Virus record (IMG/VR): IMGVR_UViG_3300042922_000827 | Span: 1 to 64,000 of that record | DNA from: a virus | DNA: 64,000 bases | Strand: one strand, 5' to 3' | Shown: positions 28,906 to 38,097 of the stretch, in pieces | Position numbering within the stretch: position 1 is the stretch's first letter | Layout of the letters: each line of letters begins with the position of its first letter | Position numbers and translations under genes: made by a program | Notes under the pieces: generated by a model | Databases searched by the model: none | Told to the model about the DNA's origin: nothing | Seen by the model: only the letters and a program-made list of their open reading frames with translations

Positions 28906-29982
28906 ATGATAGTTAATATTGAAGGTACAAAAGTAGAGTTTAATGTAGTGGCTGACGAAGATAGAAATAATGCTCTAGAGGAAGTATTTGCTATATTAGG
29001 ATTCGATCAGCGACCACATGCTAAAGATTGCGATGGCGAAACTCCAGTTCATATGTTAAAACAAATACCAGTAGATGAAAAAGCAGGATATGTCGAAAGG
29101 GTTAATTTATTAGACATAGTTACTATTCTTGGTAGCAGATTTAATATCGAATTTGATTACAAAGATAATCTTGATATTGTTTGTGAAAGAATGGAGAAGA
29201 TTTTCTGCGATCCTCAATCTGCCGCAATGATTACTAGACAAGCTGTTTTAGAATATCAAAAAACATCAGATCTAGCAACAGATATGTTAGAGTTTATCAA
29301 AATATTTGATAGATGTAACGATGCTTCCATTTCGATAGATATGAAAGATAAGAAAATAAATATACTCGAAAGTGGAAATGTATTAGCATCCTTTGGTAAA
29401 GACGGTAGAGTAGAAATAGATTCTACTGCTCCTAAGAAATTTATCGAGTATATAAAAACAGAATTTAAAGATACAATAGTTGTAGAAAAATTTAGCGAAG
29501 CAAATGTAACTGTTCTACCTCCAGATAAAAAGGAGCCACCAAAAATTTTACGAAAATCTATTGAGAGCGAACCTGTAAAGGAGAAACGGGAAACTGCTAA
29601 TGGAAAAGTAATAGAAATAAATAATAAAGATAAAAATGAAATTGTCAAGGTTATACACAATCCTGAGACAACAATTACTTTAGCAAATACGGAACAGATT
29701 GCCACAAGAATTGATATTGAGCTTTTGGGCAAATATATTAATATTGATAGTTTGAAAAATATACCATTTGAATTTAAAGCTAAAGTTATGGCTAGGTTAG
29801 AAGGAGCATTACAAACAGTATTAAAATCGAAAGATGCTCATAAATTATTAAACAAAAATGAAAAGTATGGCATCTCAAAATCCAATTTCTTTAGCAAAGA
29901 TGTTTATAGTTTATTTAACGGAAAACGATATATGAAATTTATCGATGCAGAAAACTTCGTATTTGATACTAAGCTTAATTAA
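28906..29982 (+). CDS. Hypothetical early protein
   Basis: 358 aa, GAGGAG RBS. Confidence 0.65.
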   Translation: MIVNIEGTKVEFNVVADEDRNNALEEVFAILGFDQRPHAKDCDGETPVHMLKQIPVDEKAGYVERVNLLDIVTILGSRFNIEFDYKDNLDIVCERMEKIFCDPQSAAMITRQAVLEYQKTSDLATDMLEFIKIFDRCNDASISIDMKDKKINILESGNVLASFGKDGRVEIDSTAPKKFIEYIKTEFKDTIVVEKFSEANVTVLPPDKKEPPKILRKSIESEPVKEKRETANGKVIEINNKDKNEIVKVIHNPETTITLANTEQIATRIDIELLGKYINIDSLKNIPFEFKAKVMARLEGALQTVLKSKDAHKLLNKNEKYGISKSNFFSKDVYSLFNGKRYMKFIDAENFVFDTKLN

Positions 29983-30037
29983 AGTATTGGGGAGAAATTT
30001 CTCCCCTTTATTTTTTTAAGAGGGGTGAGGGGGCAAA

Positions 30038-30778
30038 ATGCAGGAATTAAAGTTCGAGAACTATAATAAAATTGAAGATATAGTGTACTACCTCGGACCA
30101 AATGCGGTATTAAAGATGAATCTATCTATGTATAGCAGTTCCGAAAAGTATGGGCGCAAAAGTTATCATCAAGAAATACAATACTACAATGATAAAATAG
30201 GAGAAAAGGTAATTAATATAAAAAGATCATTTGACTATTTCGCCACTATTGAAAATCTTAAAGCTGTAAATAGCATAAAACAATATATAATGATACGGCA
30301 ACAAGATATATTGCTATTGCGTAAAGTAATGAATTCAGTGTTTGATATGTTTAACAAAGAATTCGATAATATGTTTGTCAAAAAGGGTGGGGTTGTCACT
30401 CTTAGGAATAAAATAACACCTGTAGAGTTTACTGGTTTGAATCTTGGGAAATATTTAGTATTCTCCCCAGATATAATGGACACGGCAAATGGCGAGAAAA
30501 TCGGATGTATTAGAATGAATCTATCTTCGCCTAATAATTTTGTTTTAATGCCAATAAGTAAATATAGTGGACTTCTAGAGTGTATAAATAATATGGATAT
30601 GTTTTCATATGCTCAGGGAATGTTATCATATTTTGGTAGACCCAATTATGGAACAAATATGTATGACTTTACAGATTCTCAAGAGATAGAAGATAGTGTA
30701 GTTGCAAGGAGTGGTAGAAAGATACAAGCTAAATCTAATAAGTCTTATTTCGCAAATAAGATGGCTGAAATCGAATAG
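30038..30778 (+). CDS. Hypothetical protein
   Basis: 246 aa, strong G-rich RBS. Confidence 0.65.
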   Translation: MQELKFENYNKIEDIVYYLGPNAVLKMNLSMYSSSEKYGRKSYHQEIQYYNDKIGEKVINIKRSFDYFATIENLKAVNSIKQYIMIRQQDILLLRKVMNSVFDMFNKEFDNMFVKKGGVVTLRNKITPVEFTGLNLGKYLVFSPDIMDTANGEKIGCIRMNLSSPNNFVLMPISKYSGLLECINNMDMFSYAQGMLSYFGRPNYGTNMYDFTDSQEIEDSVVARSGRKIQAKSNKSYFANKMAEIE

Positions 30779-30783
30779 GATAG

Positions 30784-30810
30784 AGAGGTATAGCGTAACG
30801 CTATACCTCT
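30784..30810. terminator. Bidirectional terminator hairpin
   Basis: AGAGGTATAGCGT-a-ACGCTATACCTCT. Confidence 0.8.
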
Positions 30811-30817
30811 TTATTTT

Positions 30818-31579
30818 TTAATTTACAGTAATCATAATTGGTTGATTTGTGTTTGCAGCGCTAACATAATTATCTTCTAGTTTCTGTACTATTTCTTCTC
30901 TTTTATTGGCTTTTTCTTCTATACTAGACAACTTAAGATCTGTATTTGCAAATACAGTTTCTACACCATCGTAGTGTTTAAGATATTCATATAAATATAC
31001 TGCTACATCTGCCTGAGCCAGAGCTTCAAACGTTTCCATCTTAGTTGGTGCTATAGTCATTAAATTATTTGGGTGTTTTATTAATAGATTTATTGGGATA
31101 CGATTGAAGTTGAGATGGTTGTTTGCTGTAGCTGAAGTTAATCTAATTTTATTTGGCGGATACCAATCTAAATAAATACCATTATTAAATAGAGAATTAT
31201 GATCTGCTGCCATTTGAGTCATCATAATATCCTCTACATCGTATGTAGTATTCATCATATTGAATGTTCCAAACCCTCCCATTATCGTTGGCGACTTGGA
31301 GCTGAATTCGTGCCAGTCTATATCGGCTGCGCCTAAGATTTCTTGATTCTCGCATGTATCCTCATCTATTAAATAGAACTCTCCCTTTTTATTTTGTGGT
31401 CCTAATATATATAGAATTTTATGAGGATAATATCTACTAAAAGTATCGAGTGTTTCGTTGTTTATAACCTTCTTTGCCCAATTATCTTTAGCAATATTTT
31501 TAGGAAGATTAAGAGGTTCTGTACCTAGTCTTCTTTCTATCTTATCTAAAAGACCAGTCATTCTATTCATATTTATCAT
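30818..31579 (-). CDS. Neck/head-tail adaptor protein (T4 gp13-like)
   Basis: N-terminal LLDKIERRLGTEPLNL resembles gp13 ILRRLGAP.I.V; similar size. Confidence 0.6.
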   Translation of the reverse strand: MINMNRMTGLLDKIERRLGTEPLNLPKNIAKDNWAKKVINNETLDTFSRYYPHKILYILGPQNKKGEFYLIDEDTCENQEILGAADIDWHEFSSKSPTIMGGFGTFNMMNTTYDVEDIMMTQMAADHNSLFNNGIYLDWYPPNKIRLTSATANNHLNFNRIPINLLIKHPNNLMTIAPTKMETFEALAQADVAVYLYEYLKHYDGVETVFANTDLKLSSIEEKANKREEIVQKLEDNYVSAANTNQPIMITVN

Positions 31580-31646
31580 CTCCTTATTTAAATGTAAATT
31601 TAATAATTGATTATATATTATACATATGAGAAGAGGGGGAGTGAAA

Positions 31647-32408
31647 ATGAACTACTTTAACTACAAATACTATATTGATTCAGTGATGAACTTATTGAAT
31701 GGGCAAGTCAATAAAAACTTACGATGTTACCGATATTCTTATATATACTCTACAGATAAAGTATATGCTAGAGAGTGTAATGGGGCAATTACATTTAATC
31801 TACAAAGCATGGCGTATGCATTTAGAAATATGGAACCTCTTACTAGATTTGCATACATAATTAGAACTACATCTCATGAGTTATCTCATGTAGATCAAGA
31901 TGTAAATTACCATAAATATGAAAGGGACTATTCTTATAAAGCATGGATAGAAAAATCGAATGAATTAAACTCTGTATGTTTTATTATTGAGAATCTTAAT
32001 ATGATCAAAAGAAATTTAGGAGACTTTGATCATACAATTTTAGAAGATCTATATCAATATGCAAAGACTAATGGGACAAATTATATACCATCATCTAAGA
32101 GCAAAATGGTATCTAATATAATGGAAACTTATATGATAGATACTAATAAAACTAGATATAAAGAGCTAGATACCATTTTACTAAATCTGAATGGTATACG
32201 TTATATGATAAAACACAAAGGAGAAGTAATAGATCCGAATATACTATATCCAGTGATAAATGAACTAAGTAATTTTAATAGTATGAAGGTATTTAATCTT
32301 GTAAAGAAGGAAGATAATACTTTAATTATTAAAGTGCAAACAGATGACGAGCAAAGAAGATTAGAAGAAATAATATTCAGGATAGATAAAAAATATATTA
32401 TGGGATAA
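31647..32408 (+). CDS. Early protein with zincin-like HExxH motif
   Basis: TSHELSHV...E; early promoter 31611-31622; start MNYF after a GGGGG RBS. Confidence 0.55.
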   Translation: MNYFNYKYYIDSVMNLLNGQVNKNLRCYRYSYIYSTDKVYARECNGAITFNLQSMAYAFRNMEPLTRFAYIIRTTSHELSHVDQDVNYHKYERDYSYKAWIEKSNELNSVCFIIENLNMIKRNLGDFDHTILEDLYQYAKTNGTNYIPSSKSKMVSNIMETYMIDTNKTRYKELDTILLNLNGIRYMIKHKGEVIDPNILYPVINELSNFNSMKVFNLVKKEDNTLIIKVQTDDEQRRLEEIIFRIDKKYIMG

Positions 32409-32510
32409 CATAGAATAATAAAAAGTATGCCTAATGGCATACTTTTATTTTTTGCTTATATATTATATAAGTGAGCATTAGAAAAAATATATTAGTGGAG
32501 GTTATTTTAA

Positions 32511-33011
32511 ATGAACAAAAATACATTCAATGGTTTTATGCAGGACATGTGCAAATTATTAAAGGGTAAGGGTATGTCGATTACTGAAATATCAGAAGTG
32601 ATTGATGTTAACAAGTCGTCGTTATACGGATATATAGGGAATATTGAAAAGCAGTGGTGTCCAGAACGCAAACATAACAGCATTATAGAAAAATTTAAAT
32701 CATTAGTAGGTGACGAAATGGTATATGTTTTAGATAAATATAATATGGTGCAAAAAGTTATAATTGATAAAAATGAAACAGGAGAAGAGAAACCCAAACA
32801 GTCACCACAAACAATACTAGAAGATGTGTATACTATAGACGATATTGCTAATAGAGCTAGTCTATTAGAATTAGATCTAAAAAATCTTCATAGTTCTATT
32901 ACTAACAAAATAGAAACCTTAGAAGAAGAATTGAAAAATCTCAAGGATCAGGAAAAAACTGTACGCGAAACTATCCAAAACTTAAATATCTTAAAAGATA
33001 TAAAGCGCTAA
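32511..33011 (+). CDS. Helix-turn-helix plus coiled-coil protein (early regulator)
   Basis: GMSITEISEVIDVNKSSLYGY; early promoter 32456-32469. Confidence 0.65.
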   Translation: MNKNTFNGFMQDMCKLLKGKGMSITEISEVIDVNKSSLYGYIGNIEKQWCPERKHNSIIEKFKSLVGDEMVYVLDKYNMVQKVIIDKNETGEEKPKQSPQTILEDVYTIDDIANRASLLELDLKNLHSSITNKIETLEEELKNLKDQEKTVRETIQNLNILKDIKR

Positions 33012-33030
33012 AGATAAAATAAACAGAATG

Positions 33031-33056
33031 AGAGCTAGTGTATATACACTAGCTCT
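33031..33056. terminator. 26-bp perfect palindrome / bidirectional terminator
   Basis: AGAGCTAGTGTATATACACTAGCTCT. Confidence 0.8.
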
Positions 33057-33063
33057 TTATTTT

Positions 33064-33912
33064 TTATAATTTAAAACAAAAATTCATTACTTCATTTTGA
33101 ATATGACGTTCTACTGGAACTACGATTCTATCATAATTCTTATCAACTAAAGTAACAGATTTGCCATCTTCTGATAATAGAATGCTTTCATAGAAAGTAT
33201 CAAAATTATTAACGATGGTATTAAGATTAGCAGACTCTGCCATAATATAATCTCTTACAGATGCGTTAGTGATAGGAGTTATAATTTGGAATCCTTCTTC
33301 AACTAATTGAATATTGCCATGTTCTTCTACCATCTTAGGAATATAGATATATTTATTAGCCTGCGCGGAAGCTCCCTCGCTAATAATTTTAGTAGTATAT
33401 GCTTTAGGATGTGATGGGTAATAAACACGGTCATATGTAACTATCTTAAGATTACGCACATATGCTTTACCTGCATTTTGTATAATAGTACCTAATGCTC
33501 TAAGAGAAAATGATGGTTTAGCCCCATCTTTAAGATCATCGTTAAATGATCTTCCTAAATCATTATTAGTTCCACGGAAGTTTGCTTTTACAAGATTGCC
33601 TTCCATCCACAACTTAGTATACCAAACTTGTTCCATGAATGGGTCGACTTTCTGTTGTCTTGCTAAGTCATTAGCCGATGGATGACCAGCTTCACCTTTA
33701 AAATTTCCACTAGTTACCATTTCTTGCTGCTTAGCACAATGAATTTCTTTATATAGATCATCATGGGCATAGCATCGTTTATTGCGATTTTCTTCCTCGG
33801 CTTCTTGAATTATACCTTCGGCAATAACGAAATCTCTGTTTTGATTCACTATATTAAATTCTACGTCTTTAGCAGACGATTCACATATAATATATGCTAA
33901 CGTAGTATTCAT
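33064..33912 (-). CDS. Prohead core protease (T4 gp21-like)
   Basis: EGIIQEAE..NRNKRCY, GEAGHP, SFSLRALG, YDRVYYPS; AACA TAGATA TA at 33932-33943. Confidence 0.88.
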   Translation of the reverse strand: MNTTLAYIICESSAKDVEFNIVNQNRDFVIAEGIIQEAEEENRNKRCYAHDDLYKEIHCAKQQEMVTSGNFKGEAGHPSANDLARQQKVDPFMEQVWYTKLWMEGNLVKANFRGTNNDLGRSFNDDLKDGAKPSFSLRALGTIIQNAGKAYVRNLKIVTYDRVYYPSHPKAYTTKIISEGASAQANKYIYIPKMVEEHGNIQLVEEGFQIITPITNASVRDYIMAESANLNTIVNNFDTFYESILLSEDGKSVTLVDKNYDRIVVPVERHIQNEVMNFCFKL

Positions 33913-34060
33913 CTAATTACCTCCTTTGCTTTATATCTATGTTTAAACATATCTAATACAAGCAAATATATGATTTGCCTAATTATGTAATAGTTTGAGT
34001 TTTCATTCATATATTATAAAAGTGAATAGTAATAAAATTACATTCGAAGGGATTAAATCT

Positions 34061-34216
34061 ATGAGTAAAATTAAATTTCGAATGAGTGAAAAATATACGA
34101 AAGGAGAACTAGTATACTCAATAGCCTAACCTAAAATAAAATGAGGGCAGTTATTTTATTATGGGGGGAGGGCGTTTCGAATGGATAACGAAACTACTGG
34201 ATTCGAACACGAATAG
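34061..34216 (+). pseudogene. Possible decayed early gene (two in-frame stops) or small RNA
   Basis: Early-like promoter 34007-34018, AAGGGA RBS, frame MSKIKFRMSEKYTKGELVYSIA*PKIK*GQLFYYGGRAFRMDNETTGFEHE*, hairpin 34224-34260. Confidence 0.35.
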
Positions 34217-34223
34217 TCAATAG

Positions 34224-34260
34224 ATATAACCGCAAATGAATAATTCATTTGCGGTTATAT
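34224..34260. terminator. Bidirectional terminator hairpin
   Basis: ATATAACCGCAAATGAAT-a-ATTCATTTGCGGTTATAT. Confidence 0.85.
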
Positions 34261-34274
34261 ATTTATTAATTTGA

Positions 34275-34820
34275 CTATTTATTTTTTTGATAATTTTTGC
34301 CAGTTGTAACCTTTTCTACTTTATCTGCAACTACTTGTTCTTTAACTTCTAGAGTAGCTGCTTCTACAGCAGATTCAATTTTTTCAGTAGACTCTGGAAC
34401 CTCTTCGGTAGTTTCTGCTATAGGCAGTACAGGAGCGATAACTCTTTCTTGAACTACTGGAACTTCTTCCGCAGTTTGTTCAGATTTGATTTCGACTGTT
34501 TGTTCAAGTTTAACTTCCACTTGTTCGGGCTGCGACTCTATAACCAATTTGCCATCTACCTGTTTTACATCCATAATTACAGCCTTTAGCTCTTCTGGTT
34601 TTGCAATTACGATAGAATTATCTTTATTGTAATTGGTGAAGTCTAAAGGAATAGTTCTGTTTCCGATTACTTCTTCAACCTTTGCTTTACTTCTAATGCA
34701 GATAAGAATCTCATTAATTGTAAGGGTAATACCATTTGCCACCCCAGCTACAGGATATCTCAATCCAGTAATAGGCGCGTTAGTTTTTACATTTACTTTC
34801 TTTTTTGTTACTGTTGTCAT
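34275..34820 (-). CDS. Hypothetical late protein, E/V-rich C-terminus
   Basis: 181 aa, AGGAGG RBS. Confidence 0.6.
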   Translation of the reverse strand: MTTVTKKKVNVKTNAPITGLRYPVAGVANGITLTINEILICIRSKAKVEEVIGNRTIPLDFTNYNKDNSIVIAKPEELKAVIMDVKQVDGKLVIESQPEQVEVKLEQTVEIKSEQTAEEVPVVQERVIAPVLPIAETTEEVPESTEKIESAVEAATLEVKEQVVADKVEKVTTGKNYQKNK

Positions 34821-34844
34821 TTTATTTCCTCCTAAAAATTAATT

Positions 34845-35018
34845 TTAATCTGAATAAACTGTGTCGTCTTCACCCATAACAATATCGATAGCGTCACTAT
34901 CCGAAATATTGTCTGATAGCAAATCTTCTTCAGCATCGATAATATCATCAATATCGCCATCTACAACAGACATGACAATATCATCATCGATAAATTCTTC
35001 ATATAGCATATCGAGCAT
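34845..35018 (-). CDS. Small highly acidic protein (57 aa, absent from ORF track)
   Basis: MLDMLYEEFIDDDIVMSVVDGDIDDIIDAEEDLLSDNISDSDAIDIVMGEDDTVYSD; GGAGG RBS; no K/R. Confidence 0.7.
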   Translation of the reverse strand: MLDMLYEEFIDDDIVMSVVDGDIDDIIDAEEDLLSDNISDSDAIDIVMGEDDTVYSD

Positions 35019-35022
35019 TTAC

Positions 35023-35211
35023 TTATACCTCCATATATTTTTCTTCAGATGGGAAAATATCGGATAGATCTTCATTAATAGACGTTGTTTCCATAATGCT
35101 ATCAAGAATGTCATCATCGTCCATACACATCAAATCATCTTCGTCCTCTTTCGCCATCTCATTGTATAGAAGTTCATCGAAAGCTTTAGACAAATTAATC
35201 TCTCCTTCCAT
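35023..35211 (-). CDS. Small highly acidic protein
   Basis: 62 aa, EDEDDLMCMDDDDILD. Confidence 0.6.
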   Translation of the reverse strand: MEGEINLSKAFDELLYNEMAKEDEDDLMCMDDDDILDSIMETTSINEDLSDIFPSEEKYMEV

Positions 35212-35229
35212 AGCAATCTTATTTATATG

Positions 35230-36447
35230 TTAAACCAGTCTCTTTATATCAGTTTTTAATAAATCGATTGCATATTTTTCTAATACAAATATAACCATAG
35301 GAATAGTATAAAATAGCTCTACTCCAGGACTAAATTCTAATTGCTCTAAAGCATTTATCATATCTTGAGTTATATCTTTTTTATTAAAATAACTACTAAT
35401 AATATTATAATATTCTTTAGCATTGCCAACTTCAAAAGTTTTACCATTCATAATAGCATCTATAAAGTCTGCATCAAGAATATCAATAGGATCTGCCAAT
35501 ACTCCTAATTTAACTTTGTAATCTATCATAAAGTAGTCTTCCATTCTAGTAGTTAATAGCGAAGTAGGGTCTGTTATAAGAACACCATATGCTCTAGGGA
35601 AATTAGTTTTATTATTTCTTTGCTCTAAGCATCTGAATATAGTTTTATCATATTCTATACAAAATGTTTGTGGCAAATATACTTGCTGTGTGATATAACT
35701 ATACTTATCTCTACCATAATCGAGTATCCCATTGCGTATAATAAACTCGATCATATAAGGATCATAGAAATAAACGTCACCATATGCAAATATATAAGTT
35801 TGCACTCTATGCTTAAAAAATAAACTATTGAAATATTCTCTAAGTATAGAAGTTACATTTTGTATACTTTCTATGAATTTATATTCTTCATTTATCACGA
35901 CAGATTTTAGATCGCTACCTATATTACTAGCAACCATATTAAATTCATTTATAACCTGTGCTTCTATCTTGAGATCAAAATTATCAAGCTTATATGTGAG
36001 CTTATAGAAATTATTTCCATTTTCTAAAGTATCAATGTTTACTCCAACTACTCTAAAAAATATATTTTTACCTAAATGATTAATTACAAAATACCCCTCT
36101 TGATATGGAGTAAATGTATTAGGAGGAAGTATAACTTCTCCTTCGATTGGACTGGACTCTGGTCCCCATTCTCCCATATCGATATCCAATTGAATTTTTT
36201 CCATACCATATAAGAATACATCATTTATCTTATTAAACCTCAATCCACTTTGAGGTCCAACAGATTCATATATTTGTTTTGTCGACTCGTCCAATGTCGA
36301 TACATCAATATTTGGATTGTAGTATGTCACTACAGTAGGGGATTTGTCTATAAAGATGTAAAACGGATTATCTAGTCTTCCCTTTACTCCCTGAACGAGA
36401 CTATCTACTGTAACTTTCATATCAGTATTTAAAAATTTACCAGCCAA
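35230..36447 (-). CDS. Probable virion structural protein
   Basis: 405 aa, TTG start with AGGAGG; AACA TTCGAT TA at 36467-36478. Confidence 0.55.
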   Translation of the reverse strand: MAGKFLNTDMKVTVDSLVQGVKGRLDNPFYIFIDKSPTVVTYYNPNIDVSTLDESTKQIYESVGPQSGLRFNKINDVFLYGMEKIQLDIDMGEWGPESSPIEGEVILPPNTFTPYQEGYFVINHLGKNIFFRVVGVNIDTLENGNNFYKLTYKLDNFDLKIEAQVINEFNMVASNIGSDLKSVVINEEYKFIESIQNVTSILREYFNSLFFKHRVQTYIFAYGDVYFYDPYMIEFIIRNGILDYGRDKYSYITQQVYLPQTFCIEYDKTIFRCLEQRNNKTNFPRAYGVLITDPTSLLTTRMEDYFMIDYKVKLGVLADPIDILDADFIDAIMNGKTFEVGNAKEYYNIISSYFNKKDITQDMINALEQLEFSPGVELFYTIPMVIFVLEKYAIDLLKTDIKRLV

Positions 36448-36514
36448 TTAAATTACCTCCTTTCTTTAATCGAATGTTTGACAAAAAATAAAGCACATTG
36501 GTTTCCCAATGTGC

Positions 36515-37558
36515 TTATATACGTATAATTTGATCTTTTATTCTTTCCAAATTAACGCCAAAATCTTTTTCCCCTGGCAGTACATTGCGATGTATAAAAA
36601 CCTGTATTCCTATAGGGCTGAGCAGATCTCGTATTATTCTTATTTCTTCATTTGGGATATCGTTATCCACATATATGTGAAAAACGCAATTCATTATACC
36701 CATTCTAACTAAGAATAATTTTATAACGTTTATGTATGATCTGCCACCAACTGAAGTATAAATGTTCTGCTTTCTATTTCCTTTATTAAGATTATGAAAT
36801 ATAGACAGTATATCAAATGATCCCTCAGCTATATGAATTTTTATTGGTTCTGGAGATATAATATTGCACCTGGTTGGTATATTGTAAAATCTCATAGAGT
36901 TATCATCTGCTTCAAATATACTATAGTTTGTGTATCTATGATCTATATACTTATTTACTTCGCCAGGTTTCCTTAAGTTTTTAAGATTAATAAATCCATT
37001 ATCCATGGATAAAAATCCTATAAAACTATCATCTAATTCATTTACAATATTATCATATCTGGTGTACTTGGTTATTTTATTATAATTTAATATATCTCCT
37101 AGATTAAGAACTATCTTATCTTTAAGTAAATCAATGTAAGTAAGATTTAATCCAAGTCTTCTATTTATATAATATAACTTAGCTTTACTAAGTTCGTCAT
37201 TTCTTATATATCCATTAGATATTCTATATGTCTTATTTGTGCTAAGCCTATTTTTCGAAATTTTAATTGCTTTTGTATTATGCATTTTTAGAGCATGTAA
37301 GATTTCTCCATCTTGATTACAATCTATCATAGCTCTTAATATATTTGGAGTTAGTATTCCCTTTTCTCCGCATTTAAAGCATAAATAAAGTGGGGTTTTA
37401 TTTTCTCCACCAAGTGACATATATAAATGCCTAGCTTTCAAATCTGAAGAGCTATCTCCGCAGAACCTACATCTAAGTGCAATTTCTTTATTTCCAGATG
37501 CATTACGCGCATCTGGAAATTTACGTTTTAAAAATTCTCGTAAGTCATCTTGAAACAT
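36515..37558 (-). CDS. DNA primase (T4 gp61/DnaG-like)
   Basis: Zinc ribbon CRFCGDS...CFKCG; TOPRIM IAEGSFD, YVDND, KDFG. Confidence 0.85.
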   Translation of the reverse strand: MFQDDLREFLKRKFPDARNASGNKEIALRCRFCGDSSSDLKARHLYMSLGGENKTPLYLCFKCGEKGILTPNILRAMIDCNQDGEILHALKMHNTKAIKISKNRLSTNKTYRISNGYIRNDELSKAKLYYINRRLGLNLTYIDLLKDKIVLNLGDILNYNKITKYTRYDNIVNELDDSFIGFLSMDNGFINLKNLRKPGEVNKYIDHRYTNYSIFEADDNSMRFYNIPTRCNIISPEPIKIHIAEGSFDILSIFHNLNKGNRKQNIYTSVGGRSYINVIKLFLVRMGIMNCVFHIYVDNDIPNEEIRIIRDLLSPIGIQVFIHRNVLPGEKDFGVNLERIKDQIIRI

Positions 37559-37568
37559 AGTTGCAACC

Positions 37569-37766
37569 CTACTCTCTAATCTCCAGCTCAAATAAAAATG
37601 ATCCGAGATGGATGGAAATAATACCGAATAGAATCTTATTAAAGTTTCCAAATATTAAGTTTACTATGCCGCCATTATATTCGTTTAAAACATGAACGAA
37701 TATAGACGCTCCTGCTAATAAAAGTAATATAGAAATTAGAATATTTGATATTTTTAGATAATTCAA
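37569..37766 (-). CDS. Small membrane protein
   Basis: Two hydrophobic stretches; AGGAGG RBS. Confidence 0.5.
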   Translation of the reverse strand: MNYLKISNILISILLLLAGASIFVHVLNEYNGGIVNLIFGNFNKILFGIISIHLGSFLFELEIRE

Positions 37767-37809
37767 GTTGTTTTATTCCTCCTTATTAAATTCCGTGAGT
37801 AATTATATG

Positions 37810-38031
37810 TTATGACTTATTTGAACCATCAGATGGCTTAGATCCAATATGGCTATTGTGAATAGAATTAATTTTAGTAGATAGTATAAAAATAAGCCAT
37901 ATTAATATCATGATAGCAATAAATTCAATATTAGTTAATTCATTTGTAAGCAATATTATAGTAGCCGCTATAATAGCCAATACAAATGAAACTAATAATA
38001 TAGCTAATACACATTTTATATTGTTTTTCAT
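37810..38031 (-). CDS. Small membrane protein
   Basis: Two hydrophobic helices; AGGAG RBS. Confidence 0.55.
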   Translation of the reverse strand: MKNNIKCVLAILLVSFVLAIIAATIILLTNELTNIEFIAIMILIWLIFILSTKINSIHNSHIGSKPSDGSNKS

Positions 38032-38097
38032 ATCTCTTCTCCTTATTATGTGAATTAAATACAGTGGGAGTATGCAAATGCATACTCCCGTTTATGA

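Noticed and set aside
34061-34216. Stop-codon reassignment
   Set aside because: The interrupting stops are of two kinds (TAA, TGA) and all three stops end bona fide genes elsewhere; core genes are intact in code 11
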